Below, in pieces: positions 40,403 through 49,631 of a stretch of 64,000 nt of DNA. This DNA comes from an uncultured Actinomycetes bacterium. GTDB lineage: Bacteria; Actinomycetota; UBA4738; HRBIN12. Made by a program: the position numbers and the translations under genes. The notes beneath the pieces were generated by a model. The model was not told the DNA's origin. It did no database searches and was given only the letters and a program-made list of their open reading frames with translations. The stretch covers positions 544,001-608,000 of the forward strand of contig CAVPIB010000004.1 of assembly GCA_963704885.1 (NCBI GenBank), read 5' to 3'. Each line of letters opens with the position of its first letter. The stretch's first letter is position 1.

Positions 40403-41026
40403 TCAAGGCCTGGTGGCCCAGCCGAGGATGTGCGGCTTCGCCAGCATCGCTCCAGGTTCGTCGAAACGTTCGACCTCCTGGAGCTTGAACCCCGCGAGAC
40501 CGATCGCCGCGAGCGTTCCGCGATTGGGGTGGCACCCTCCTCCGAACCATCCCCACGGGCGCTCGAACCGATCCTGACGGCGCGCCAACCGAGCGTTCTC
40601 CGACCGCACGTGCTCGAAGAACAGGAGCCTGCCACCCGGCTTCAGGATCCGCCGGGCCTCGACCAGCGCAGCGTGCATATCGAACACCGAGCACAAGACG
40701 AGCGACATCACCACGGTGTCGACCGAGGCTTCCTCGATCGGCAACGCATCAGCTGGGGCACGCTTCAGCCGCACCGGGACGGACGCATCTGGCAGCGCAG
40801 CGACGAGGTACCGGAACATGGACCGGTCGGGCTCCACTGCGATCACTTCGGCCACCGTGGATGGGTAGTACCGCAGGTTCAGCCCGGTCCCGGCTCCGAC
40901 CTCGACCGTCCTGCCGGTCGCGCGCAGCAGGAGCTCGCGACGGTGTTCTGCCGTGCCATGCCGATCCATGCGTGGACCGAGCTTCGCGTAGCCCCAGGCG
41001 AAGACCGGGTGACCGCGATCGGTCAC
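40403..41026 (-). CDS. Class I SAM-dependent methyltransferase (METTL7-like)
   Basis: VEVGAGTGLN, LVLCSV, KPGG-FFEHV, GGCHPNR. Confidence 0.88.
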   Translation of the reverse strand: MTDRGHPVFAWGYAKLGPRMDRHGTAEHRRELLLRATGRTVEVGAGTGLNLRYYPSTVAEVIAVEPDRSMFRYLVAALPDASVPVRLKRAPADALPIEEASVDTVVMSLVLCSVFDMHAALVEARRILKPGGRLLFFEHVRSENARLARRQDRFERPWGWFGGGCHPNRGTLAAIGLAGFKLQEVERFDEPGAMLAKPHILGWATRP

Positions 41027-41176
41027 GGGGTCAAGGCTTCCAGCACGACGTCGAAGACCACCCATGAGCTCCTTCCGAGGGAAGACCGAACGGTCCGCCC
41101 AAGGCTATCGCGCGGAAACACGATGCCGCTACAGGCCCAGGTCGATGGTTCGCGCCGCCCGCTATCCTCGGGCGTC

Positions 41177-41938
41177 ATGGACGTCGTGGTGCTCGTGAAG
41201 TCGATCCCAGATCCCAACGGGGACGCGCCGCTCGACGCCGACTTCTTGGTCAAGCGCGACGGCGAAGGGACGCTCGACCCCGGCGACGAGTTCGCCCTTG
41301 AGGCCGCCCTTCAGCTCGCGGAGGGCTCGGACGGCGAGGTCTCGGTGGTCTCGATGGGTCCCGCCGGGGCCGTGTCGGCCATCCGCCGGGCGCTCTCGAT
41401 GGGGGCCGATCGTGCCGTGCTCGTGACCGACGACGCGCTCCGCAGCTCCGATGTCCTCGCGACCGCCCGGGTGCTGTCGTCCGCCGTTCGGCGTGCTCCT
41501 TTCGACCTGGTGCTCGCGGGCGTGGAATCCACGGACGGATACACGGGCACGCTGCCGATGACGGTCGCGGAGCTGCTCGGCCTTCCTGCGGTCACGTTCG
41601 CTCGAAGGTTGGACGTCGCCGATGGGCGAGCGCGCGTAGAGCGACAGACCGAGGCCGGCTACGACGTCGTCGAGTGCCCGCTCCCCGTCCTGGTAACGGT
41701 GACCGCCGGCGCGACCGAGCCACGCTATCCGACCTTGAAGGGCATCATGGGTGCGAAGGCCAAGCCGCTCGAGGAGTTGACGCTCGCCGACCTCGGGCTC
41801 TCGGCCGCCGACATCGCTCCGACCCAGCGGGTGACGGGCGTGGAACCGGCTCCGGAGAAGGACGCCGGACGGGTCGTCCAAGCCGAGGGGGCGTCGTCCG
41901 TCATCGCCGACCTCCTTGCCGAGGCGAAGGTGATCTGA
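41177..41938 (+). CDS. etfB: Electron transfer flavoprotein beta subunit
   Basis: VLVKSIPD, ALSMGADRA, STDGYTG, EPRYPTLKGIMGAK. Confidence 0.95.
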   Translation: MDVVVLVKSIPDPNGDAPLDADFLVKRDGEGTLDPGDEFALEAALQLAEGSDGEVSVVSMGPAGAVSAIRRALSMGADRAVLVTDDALRSSDVLATARVLSSAVRRAPFDLVLAGVESTDGYTGTLPMTVAELLGLPAVTFARRLDVADGRARVERQTEAGYDVVECPLPVLVTVTAGATEPRYPTLKGIMGAKAKPLEELTLADLGLSAADIAPTQRVTGVEPAPEKDAGRVVQAEGASSVIADLLAEAKVI

Positions 41939-41939
41939 G

Positions 41940-42902
41940 GTGACGAAGGTATGGGTCTTCGCCGAGGTCGGCGCCGACGGGGCGGGTCCCGCGGCCCTCG
42001 AGCTCCTCACGAAAGCGCGCACACTGGGCGACGTGGTCGAGGCGGTTGCACTCGGCCCCGGGGCGATCGACGCCGCCCCCACCCTGGGCGATCACGGCGC
42101 GCGAACCGTATACGCGAGTGACGACCCCGTCTACGCCGACCACCTGGCGCAGCCGGCCGCACACGCGCTCCACGTGCTCGTTCAGGAGCACCATCCCGAC
42201 CTGATCATGTTCGCCACGAGTTACACCTCGCGCGACGTGGCCGGCAGGCTGCAGGCGAAGACCGGCTCCACGCTCATGAGCAACGCGATCGACCTGCTCG
42301 ACGCCGAGCACGCGCGTACCCAGATCGCCGGAGGGTCCCTCTTCGTCGGTGTAGCACTGGAGGGGCCAGCACCCCGTCTCGTCTTGGTGCGCCCGAAGTC
42401 GTTCGCGGCCGAGCCCAGCGGTGGCACGGCGACAGTCGTCCCCGTAGACGTGGAGATCCCCGACGAGATGAAGACGGCGCGCCGGGTCGAGCATCACGAG
42501 GAGTCATCGTCCGGACCCAAGCTCGAGGAAGCCAAGGTGATCGTCTCCGGCGGCCGCGGATTGCAGGACGCCGCGAACTTCGGCTTGATCGAGCAGCTCG
42601 CATCCGCGCTCGGGAACGCGGCGGTCGGCGCCAGCCGCGCGGTCGTCGACGCGGGCTGGGTGCCGTACAGCTACCAGATCGGACAGACGGGTAAGACCGT
42701 GAAGCCCGACGTCTACATCGCCGTGGGGATCAGCGGCGCCCTCCAGCACATCGTGGGCATGAAAGGATCCAAGACCATCATCGCGATCAACAAGGACCCC
42801 GACGCCCCGATCTTCCGGCTTGCCGATCTCGGCGTCGTGGCCGACGCGCTCCAACTCCTGCCGGCCCTCATCGACGAGGTCAAGTCCCGCAAGGGCGCGT
42901 GA
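41940..42902 (+). CDS. etfA: Electron transfer flavoprotein alpha subunit
   Basis: [39 protein letters not shown]. Confidence 0.96.
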   Translation: MTKVWVFAEVGADGAGPAALELLTKARTLGDVVEAVALGPGAIDAAPTLGDHGARTVYASDDPVYADHLAQPAAHALHVLVQEHHPDLIMFATSYTSRDVAGRLQAKTGSTLMSNAIDLLDAEHARTQIAGGSLFVGVALEGPAPRLVLVRPKSFAAEPSGGTATVVPVDVEIPDEMKTARRVEHHEESSSGPKLEEAKVIVSGGRGLQDAANFGLIEQLASALGNAAVGASRAVVDAGWVPYSYQIGQTGKTVKPDVYIAVGISGALQHIVGMKGSKTIIAINKDPDAPIFRLADLGVVADALQLLPALIDEVKSRKGA

Positions 42903-44665
42903 TCGAGGCCCGGTTCGACGACCTGACGGGCGCCTCCCCGTCGTTCCGCCTGACCGAGCCCGTCGGCGTACTCGAGGCAACCCGCCCGAACGAGGTGGCG
43001 CCCACCATCGCGGCGGCGGAGGGCGCCGCCACGAGGGGTCTGTGGGCCGCGGGTTTCCTCGCCTACGAGGCCGCCCCCGGCCTGGACCCTGCACTCGAGG
43101 TCCGCTCGCGCGCCGTCGATGATCCCTTCGCCCGCCTGCCGCTGGCGTGGTTCGCCATGTTCGAACGTCGGGAGGAGACGGTCCTACCGTCGCCCAAGGA
43201 CGATACGCCGCAGGACGCGAACGCCTGGCAACCCTCGGTCGACAGGGACCACTATGACGAAGCGATCGCACGGATCCGCGAGCACATCGTGGCCGGCGAC
43301 ACGTATCAGGTGAACCACACACTCAGGCTTCGATCGACCGTTCGCGGGGACGAGCGAGGGCTCTACCGTGACCTGTGCTTCGCCCAACGGGGCGCTCACT
43401 CGGCCTACCTGAACACCGGCCGATACCGCGTGCTCTCAGCCTCGCCCGAGCTGTTCTTCCGCGTGGAAGGTGATCGCCTGACGACCCGGCCCATGAAGGG
43501 GACAGCGCCTCGTGGCCGGTGGTCGGATGAGGACCAGGAGATCCGCGAGGCGCTGACCTCGTCGGTCAAGGAGCGGGCAGAGAACGCCATGATCGTGGAC
43601 CTGCTCCGCAACGACCTCGGCCGGATCTCCCGGACCGGGAGCGTCGAGTGGTCCAAGGTGTTCGAGCCCGAGCGCTTCGAGACCGTCTGGCAGCTCACGT
43701 CCACGATCTCGTCCACGCTCGGAGCTGGGGTAGGGCTCCTCGACGTCTTCCGAGCCCTGTTCCCCTGCGGCTCGGTGACCGGCGCGCCCAAGGTCCGGAC
43801 CATGCAGCTGATCGCCGAGCTGGAGGACTCGCCCCGGGGCGCGTACTGCGGGGCGGTCGGCTACCTGGCGCCCACGGCCGCGGGCCCACCCACCGCGTCC
43901 TTCAACGTCCCGATCCGGACGGTCATGGTGGACGCGGAGAGCGGCGTCGCGGAGTACGGCGTGGGCGGCGGCATCACGTTCGACTCGTCGGCATCCGGTG
44001 AGTTCGACGAGACGGTCGCGAAGGCGCGCGTGCTCACGGCTCGGCGTCCGTCCTTCGAGCTGCTCGAGACCATGCGTCGCGATCCCGGCGAGCCGATCCG
44101 CCGGCTACGGCAGCATCTCGACCGGCTCGGCGCGTCCGCGGCCTACTTCGGGTTCGCGTTCGACCAGGAGGCCGTGCGCGCGCAGCTCGATGCAGCGGGC
44201 GAAGGCTCCAAACGCCCGGTTAGGGTCCGCCTACTTCTGACGCGGAGCGGAGGACTCGACATCGCCGTGACGCCGTTGGATCGCGGCGGCCCGGAGCCGC
44301 TACGCCTGGAGATGGACGACGTGCCGGTCGACCCCGCGGATGTCTTCCTGTTCCACAAGACGACGCTGCGACGCCGGTACGAGGAAGCGCGTGCCCGGCA
44401 TCCCGACGCCGACGATGTCCTGCTCGTCAACACGCGTGGCGAGATCACGGAGACGTCCGTCGCGAACGTGGCCGCCGAGCTTGACGGTCGGTGGTGGACC
44501 CCGCCGCTCGACGCCGGTCTGCTACCGGGAACCGAGAGGGCCGCGCTGCTCGCCGACGGCACGCTCCGGGAACGCTTCATCACCGTGGATGAGGCTCGTG
44601 AGGCTGAAGCCTTAGCGGTGTTCAACTCCTCCCGCGGCTGGCGGAGCGCTGAGCTTCCACCCTAG
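42899..44665 (+). CDS. pabB: Aminodeoxychorismate synthase component I fused to ADC lyase (PabB-PabC)
   Basis: [34 protein letters not shown]; C-terminal class IV PLP domain HKTT, GLLPG, NSSRG. Confidence 0.93.
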   Translation: MIEARFDDLTGASPSFRLTEPVGVLEATRPNEVAPTIAAAEGAATRGLWAAGFLAYEAAPGLDPALEVRSRAVDDPFARLPLAWFAMFERREETVLPSPKDDTPQDANAWQPSVDRDHYDEAIARIREHIVAGDTYQVNHTLRLRSTVRGDERGLYRDLCFAQRGAHSAYLNTGRYRVLSASPELFFRVEGDRLTTRPMKGTAPRGRWSDEDQEIREALTSSVKERAENAMIVDLLRNDLGRISRTGSVEWSKVFEPERFETVWQLTSTISSTLGAGVGLLDVFRALFPCGSVTGAPKVRTMQLIAELEDSPRGAYCGAVGYLAPTAAGPPTASFNVPIRTVMVDAESGVAEYGVGGGITFDSSASGEFDETVAKARVLTARRPSFELLETMRRDPGEPIRRLRQHLDRLGASAAYFGFAFDQEAVRAQLDAAGEGSKRPVRVRLLLTRSGGLDIAVTPLDRGGPEPLRLEMDDVPVDPADVFLFHKTTLRRRYEEARARHPDADDVLLVNTRGEITETSVANVAAELDGRWWTPPLDAGLLPGTERAALLADGTLRERFITVDEAREAEALAVFNSSRGWRSAELPP

Positions 44666-44673
44666 GCGTCGGC
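44660..44673 (+). repeat. Left copy of 14 bp direct repeat
   Basis: CCCTAGGCGTCGGC; matches 46245-46258 at 13/14 positions. Confidence 0.7.
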
Positions 44674-44816
44674 ACAGCAGTGGAGTTGGCGCCCAAGCTC
44701 CGGCGGCTGCAGTTCAGGACCAACAGCCACCTATCGCCGCGAGGTTCTCCATCGTGCTGGATTTCGACATGACCAACCGCGAGATCGCTGCGGCGGCACC
44801 CCACCTCATCGCGGGG

Positions 44817-45528
44817 CTAGTACGCGCCGTCGAATGTGTGTTTGTCGTGGGCTTCAAGCGTTCGCCGGAATTTGACGCCCAGGTCGTCAGCGAAGGGGGT
44901 GAGAACTACCACGCCGTCGCACATCGTCTGCCAAGCGTCGAGGTTGACCGGGTTAACAATGGGGCATATGTCTGGCGTTGTGAAGTGTCCACTGAACCCC
45001 GTGAAGTGCCCAAACTCGTGAGACGCCACTGAGTGGGCATCTATCTGCGCTGCTCCCGGGTCGCCGGTGCCCGTGTACCAGTTCTGGCCCGTGCTATCGA
45101 ACGACACCAGGGCGTACTTGATGTTCCCCTGAGAGTTCATACACGTGCCCGTTACACCGAAGGCCCCGATGCTGCGGTAGTAGACGACGTTCTCCTCCTG
45201 CATGTACGGGGCGCTTGCGCAATTGGCGGGCACCGAGTAGCCCTGTGCGTTATCCGTAGACAGCTTGGTGAACGTGAACGCGGTCGCCTGAACCGCGTTC
45301 CATTTTCCAGCGCCGTCCAGGACGCGCGTTCTGAATGCTCCCGTGGGGAAGCCCGTGTGGAACTTCCAGTTGATGATCGGCAGCGAGGCGGGACCCCACT
45401 TGGTCGGGTACCAGTTGGCGGCCGGATGGGCGTTGGCAACCCCTCCACCCAGGCCTAGCGAGAGTCCGAAGAACATCCCGAGGAGAGCCTGACGCAGTCA
45501 CGTGGTGGAGCCTCGTAGTTCGAATCAT
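44817..45528 (-). CDS. Secreted metzincin (matrixin-like) zinc protease; signal peptide split by an apparent 1 nt frameshift at about 45498 (in-frame ORF 44817-45476)
   Basis: HEFGHFTGFSGH zinc motif, downstream QTM Met-turn, paired Cys, AxA cleavage site VANA|H. Confidence 0.7.
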
Positions 45529-45944
45529 GCCGGCTCCTCGACTTCGTCTAGAGAGGGTTGGCACTGAACCAATGATTCCATCACGTATCCATCCCCAACT
45601 TTGGCCAACACGATCTGCACAGGTTCACCCTCTATGACCTTGCTCACCTGGACAGTGACGTTGCTACCGGAATCCGAGATGACCTCCAGATTCGCCACGA
45701 CCAAGGCCGCGTCAACGGGGAGCCCGTAGGAGTCCTCGAGGCCGGCCGCAACCGCCTCTTCAAGGGGCTTCGCCTGGGTCGGGTCTGGCAGTGCATTGAC
45801 GACCCAACCGCCCAAGCCCAGCTTCGGGCAGTCGAACGCGCCACCGCCTTCCGAATCGGGGGCCTGGTTGCCTAGACCGCTTGCCGCTGCGGCGCCCCCA
45901 AGAAGGGCGACAGCAAACGCAATGCCTGCGACTGCTCGCCACAT
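45525..45944 (-). CDS. Secreted acidic hypothetical protein with two Cys
   Basis: Signal peptide MWRAVAGIAFAVALLGGAAAA; SD AAAGGA; ATGA coupling to the protease. Confidence 0.7.
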   Translation of the reverse strand: MWRAVAGIAFAVALLGGAAAASGLGNQAPDSEGGGAFDCPKLGLGGWVVNALPDPTQAKPLEEAVAAGLEDSYGLPVDAALVVANLEVISDSGSNVTVQVSKVIEGEPVQIVLAKVGDGYVMESLVQCQPSLDEVEEPA

Positions 45945-46244
45945 ATCGTGTTCCTTTCTAGCACGGCGGCCTTAACTCTCCGTCCAATCCTGCGCAACCC
46001 GCTAGTCACACCCTTTCCTCGATCCACATGCCTTTCGCGGTCTACACCGTGACACCCCTACGTATGCATGACTCCAACCTGACGCGGGTTAGGAGTAGCG
46101 CCATGCGAACGAACGGACCTCTCTCGGTCGGCGAGACGGCCCGCACGCCCAACGCCCCCAATCCTCCGCTGTCCCATTCGAGGGATCTCGCAACCACGGA
46201 CACGAAGGCACGCTACAGGTGGCATCCCGCGAGAGTGGGCAGTG

Positions 46245-46258
46245 CCCTAGGCATCGGC
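46245..46258 (+). repeat. Right copy of 14 bp direct repeat
   Basis: CCCTAGGCATCGGC; contains the stop codon of the minus-strand zinc-ribbon gene. Confidence 0.7.
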
Positions 46259-46423
46259 CGCCGGATCCTCCACGGGGAACGAGAAGGGGCGCATCCGCCG
46301 TTCATCCATCGGACAGGCACACAGAGGACAGCGCGGCGGCTCCTCGTAGACGAGGACGGTCCGTTCGCAGAAGGGACACTCACCCTCCTGCATGGCGGAT
46401 GGATCGTCGATCTCGTTCGGCAT
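46247..46423 (-). CDS. Small zinc-ribbon protein
   Basis: CPFC-x12-CPLC; start ATG 46423 or GTG 46435. Confidence 0.6.
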   Translation of the reverse strand: MPNEIDDPSAMQEGECPFCERTVLVYEEPPRCPLCACPMDERRMRPFSFPVEDPAADA

Positions 46424-46517
46424 CGGGCCTCGCACGCTCGGGGGGAGCGGTCCACACCATCATCGGACGGGTGTTGCTTCTCCTTGAACCTCCCGCGCCA
46501 ACGTGTCCAGGACGCAA

Positions 46518-46544
46518 CGAAGCCCTCCCGCAGGGAGGGCTTCG
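46518..46544 (-). terminator. Intrinsic terminator-like hairpin
   Basis: CGAAGCCCTCCC-gca-GGGAGGGCTTCG perfect 12 bp stem 20 nt after the 66 aa gene. Confidence 0.75.
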
Positions 46545-46564
46545 GCCTTGTTGTTGACTCGGCT

Positions 46565-46765
46565 CTATGCGGCAGCGCGGCGCTTGCGTTTACCGCGGGG
46601 GATGTAGGCGTGCACGGGCTCGTGCTGCCAGCAGTAGTCCCACTTGTTGTAGACGGACAGCTTGGTACCGCAGCCGGGATCGGCACAGACGCGCCCCGAC
46701 CCGAACATCTTGTTCGGCCGTGGGAGCGTCCGGGCGGATGCTCCCCGGAACCTCTCGTCTTCCAC
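46565..46765 (-). CDS. Small basic putative zinc-binding protein
   Basis: C-x4-C-x12-C-x2-H, basic tail RGKRKRR; AAGGA upstream and its own terminator. Confidence 0.7.
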   Translation of the reverse strand: MEDERFRGASARTLPRPNKMFGSGRVCADPGCGTKLSVYNKWDYCWQHEPVHAYIPRGKRKRRAAA

Positions 46766-46909
46766 GTTCGCTCACATCCTTCCGCTGGACCGCGGAGGGG
46801 CATCTGTAGCGGTCCTTAACTCCCTCTTCGAACGAAAGACGTGTGCGGTTCATTCCGGATCTGGCCGAACGACGCCGACCGGGGCGGTCCGTGGGCCCGA
46901 TCTCGCAGG

Positions 46910-47680
46910 TCAGGGGCCGAATCGCGGCTGACGTTTCTCCACGAACGCCCCCATCCCTTCGCGTTGATCGGGCGTCCCGAAGAGCTCACAGAACAGGTCC
47001 CGCTCGGTCGCGAGCCCCTGCTCACCAGGGGTGAGGACGGCGGCGTGGATCGCTGCCTTGGCGGCCGCGAGCGCCTCCCGAGGCCCGGCGGCGAAGGCGC
47101 GAGCATCGACCACCGCCGAGTCCAACACTTGCTCCGGCGGCGCGAGCCGTTCTACCAGCCCCAAGGCGAGCGCCTGGTCGGCCGGGACCTGCCTCCCCGT
47201 GTACACCAGTTCACGGGCGCGACCCGGACCGACCAGGTGCGTGAGCCGTTGGGTACCTCCCGCGCCTGGGATCACGCCTAGGCGGATCTCGGGCTGCCCC
47301 ACGGTCCCGTCATCGGCCAGGTATCGGAGATCGGCGGCGAGTGCGAGCTCGAATCCCCCACCCAGCGCGAACCCGTTGATCGCCGCGATCGACACCTTCG
47401 GCATGACCTCGAGTTGGTCGAGCGCATCTCCGAGCGCGGCGACCACAGGCCGGATCTCTGCCGGCCCGAAGTTCACCATGGCCTTGATGTCAGCGCCGGC
47501 CGCGAAGATCTTCGGACCTCCCCATACGACCACGGCCCCCACGTCATCGCGATCGGCGGCCTCCGCGAACACGTCTTGCAGCTCCAGACCTACTTGATGG
47601 TTGAGCGCATTCGCCGGTGGCCGGTCGAGACGAACCACACCGACGCCGTCGTCGATCTCGAGCCACACGAATTCCCCCAT
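46910..47680 (-). CDS. Enoyl-CoA hydratase/isomerase
   Basis: FAAGADI, ALGGGFEL, PEIRLGVIPGAGGTQRL. Confidence 0.95.
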   Translation of the reverse strand: MGEFVWLEIDDGVGVVRLDRPPANALNHQVGLELQDVFAEAADRDDVGAVVVWGGPKIFAAGADIKAMVNFGPAEIRPVVAALGDALDQLEVMPKVSIAAINGFALGGGFELALAADLRYLADDGTVGQPEIRLGVIPGAGGTQRLTHLVGPGRARELVYTGRQVPADQALALGLVERLAPPEQVLDSAVVDARAFAAGPREALAAAKAAIHAAVLTPGEQGLATERDLFCELFGTPDQREGMGAFVEKRQPRFGP

Positions 47681-47689
47681 GGCCCTAGC

Positions 47690-48571
47690 CTACCGACCGG
47701 CCGCCGCCGCACGCTCAAGGGTGCGTCGGAGTCCCGTCTCCAGAGATGTGCGAGCAACGCCGAATTCCACAGCGGCATCAGGCGCGTCCGCACGCGACGG
47801 CGCCGCGAAGTGCTCTGTCGCCGTGAGCGAGACGTTCAGGCCAAGCGCCGAGGTCAGCCGTCCGGCAGCCTGAGCGGGCGTGAGAGGAAGAGGCGGCGAA
47901 CCTCCGCCCGCGAGGCGTTCGCCCAGCTCGAGTGGAGTGATCAAGTCGGGGCCTTCGAGGGCCCAAGTGCCCGACAGATCGCCGGACCGATCGTCGGCTG
48001 CTGCGAGCACCGATACGAGGTCGTCCGCCCACACCGGGGCTATCTCCTGTTCGCCGTCTCCCACCACGAATGGTGGCGAGGCCACGGCCCCTTCAACGGC
48101 GGCGGTGAACCACAGCCCGCCGAGTCCGTACGCGTGCGTCGACCGGACGATGGCGTGCTCGAGTCCGCTGTTCCTGACCGCCTCTTCCGCCAAGCCCTTA
48201 GCGCGCAAGAACGGCGGGCCCGCATCCGGATGAGCGCCGGGCACGGATACGAGCAGGAAGCGCCGAACCCCCGCCTCGCGGGCGGCAGCCAACGCGGTCA
48301 GAGTGGAGCCGTGATTGGCAGCGAGGAGCGTGACGCCGTCGGGTTGGTTGGGGCCGCCTACCAGGTGGATCAGCGAGTAGACGCCTCGCAGCACTTCCGC
48401 CAACGCGTCCGCGTCATCGAGACGGCCCACCGCCACCTTGGCGCCCAGGACCCGGAGGGCGTCCGCCGCTTCCGGCCGCCCCACACACGCCCGGACCTCG
48501 TCGCGGCGGACCAAGAGCGGGACGAGGCTTCGCCCGATGAAGCCGGACGCCCCGGTCACCATCACGGTCAT
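47690..48571 (-). CDS. NAD(P)-binding atypical SDR (epimerase/NDUFA9-like)
   Basis: VTGASGFIG, FLRAKGLAEE; ATG 48571 5 nt after TACCAT. Confidence 0.85.
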   Translation of the reverse strand: MTVMVTGASGFIGRSLVPLLVRRDEVRACVGRPEAADALRVLGAKVAVGRLDDADALAEVLRGVYSLIHLVGGPNQPDGVTLLAANHGSTLTALAAAREAGVRRFLLVSVPGAHPDAGPPFLRAKGLAEEAVRNSGLEHAIVRSTHAYGLGGLWFTAAVEGAVASPPFVVGDGEQEIAPVWADDLVSVLAAADDRSGDLSGTWALEGPDLITPLELGERLAGGGSPPLPLTPAQAAGRLTSALGLNVSLTATEHFAAPSRADAPDAAVEFGVARTSLETGLRRTLERAAAAGR

Positions 48572-48610
48572 GCTCGATGGTATCCGCCCCGCTGCCCGAT
48601 CCGGCCCGGC

Positions 48611-48624
48611 GTTGCACCTGCAAC
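48611..48624. promoter_or_regulatory. Palindrome in the divergent SDR/nur promoter region, candidate Fur-family operator
   Basis: GTTGCA-cc-TGCAAC just upstream of -10 TAGACT (48632-48637). Confidence 0.4.
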
Positions 48625-48645
48625 CCACTGCTAGACTGCCCGTTC

Positions 48646-49083
48646 GTGGACACCGTGAGCCAGACGGACGTCTTGGAGCTGCTCCGCTCACGCGGACTGC
48701 GGATGACGCCCCAACGTCGAGCGATCGTCGCCACGGTCATGCTCGCACAGGGCCATATCTCCCCCACCGATGTGACCCGGAAGATCCAGAGCGAGATGCC
48801 AGGCGTCAACGCCTCTACGGTCTACCGCACCCTCACCCTGCTGGAAGAGATCGGAGTGCTCCAGCACATGCACCTGGAGAGCGGCGCCGAGTACCACCGG
48901 ACCGAGGAGGCCGAGCACATCCACCTGGTTTGCGGCAACTGCGGTCACGACGATCCGCTCACGCTCAGGGAAGCTCAGAAGTTGCAGACCATGATCCGCA
49001 GCCACCACGGGTTCGAAGCCGACCTCACGCACTTCGCGATCACCGGCATGTGCAGCGACTGTTCTGCGGCCAGCCGACCCTGA
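48646..49083 (+). CDS. nur: Fur-family regulator, nickel-responsive Nur type
   Basis: RMTPQR, STVYRTL, HMHL, HIHLVC-xx-C, HFAI-G-C-xx-C; the HxH and HFAI histidines match the Streptomyces Nur nickel site. Confidence 0.82.
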   Translation: MDTVSQTDVLELLRSRGLRMTPQRRAIVATVMLAQGHISPTDVTRKIQSEMPGVNASTVYRTLTLLEEIGVLQHMHLESGAEYHRTEEAEHIHLVCGNCGHDDPLTLREAQKLQTMIRSHHGFEADLTHFAITGMCSDCSAASRP

Positions 49084-49148
49084 TCTTTCGGGAACTGGGC
49101 CAAGGCTTCGGGGCGTCCCAGCGAGATCTCGACCGAAGGAGTCAGCCG

Positions 49149-49631
49149 ATGCGTCGCACCCTCGCGCTACTCGTCATCCTCGCCACGCTCGGACCGGTCA
49201 CGATCGCCCGAGCGATCCCGTCGAACGACCTGGTTCGAACGAAGTCCCGCTTCCACTGCCTGGAGACGGGTGGAGCAAGGGTCACCCTGTGGGTCCGAAG
49301 CGTCGCGGATCGCCCGGTCACGATCGGTCCTGACATCCACTTCATGCTCACGTTGATCCGCGGCGCGGAACACGAACACGGTCCGATCGTGTTCATGACG
49401 CCGGTCCCGGACTTCGCCAGCCTCGAACCGCACGAGGTAAGTCGTTTCGTGATCCCGATGGGCGACGCGATAGGCGACGAACCCGGCTCGGACCTCAGCG
49501 CTGATCGACTCCGCCTGCGGGCCGAGGTGTACCTAGAGGGACACGAGCACGCTGCCGTCAGTCGTTTCCGATTCCCCGGATGCCCGCCCCCTCTGCCGTC
49601 GATAGGGCCCGGCGGATCTCTCGAGCTCTAG
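49149..49631 (+). CDS. Secreted hypothetical protein with two Cys and two HEH motifs
   Basis: Signal peptide MRRTLALLVILATLGPVTIARA; SD AAGGAG. Confidence 0.7.
   Translation: MRRTLALLVILATLGPVTIARAIPSNDLVRTKSRFHCLETGGARVTLWVRSVADRPVTIGPDIHFMLTLIRGAEHEHGPIVFMTPVPDFASLEPHEVSRFVIPMGDAIGDEPGSDLSADRLRLRAEVYLEGHEHAAVSRFRFPGCPPPLPSIGPGGSLEL

Larger units (their letters stand above)
44660..46258. mobile_element. Small inserted cassette (no recombinase gene) bounded by direct repeats
   Basis: 13/14 bp direct repeat at both ends, visibly more A/T-rich codon usage, two secreted-protein genes. Confidence 0.55.

Noticed and set aside
40070-41938. 622 aa ORF as an EtfB fusion
   Set aside because: Upstream part is antisense to mnmA and the methyltransferase; EtfB starts at 41177
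44754-45032. 92 aa plus-strand ORF inside the cassette
   Set aside because: Mostly antisense to the protease; no motif or SD
48438-49631. 397 aa ORF spanning nur
   Set aside because: Only the part from ATG 49149 (SD plus signal peptide) is credible
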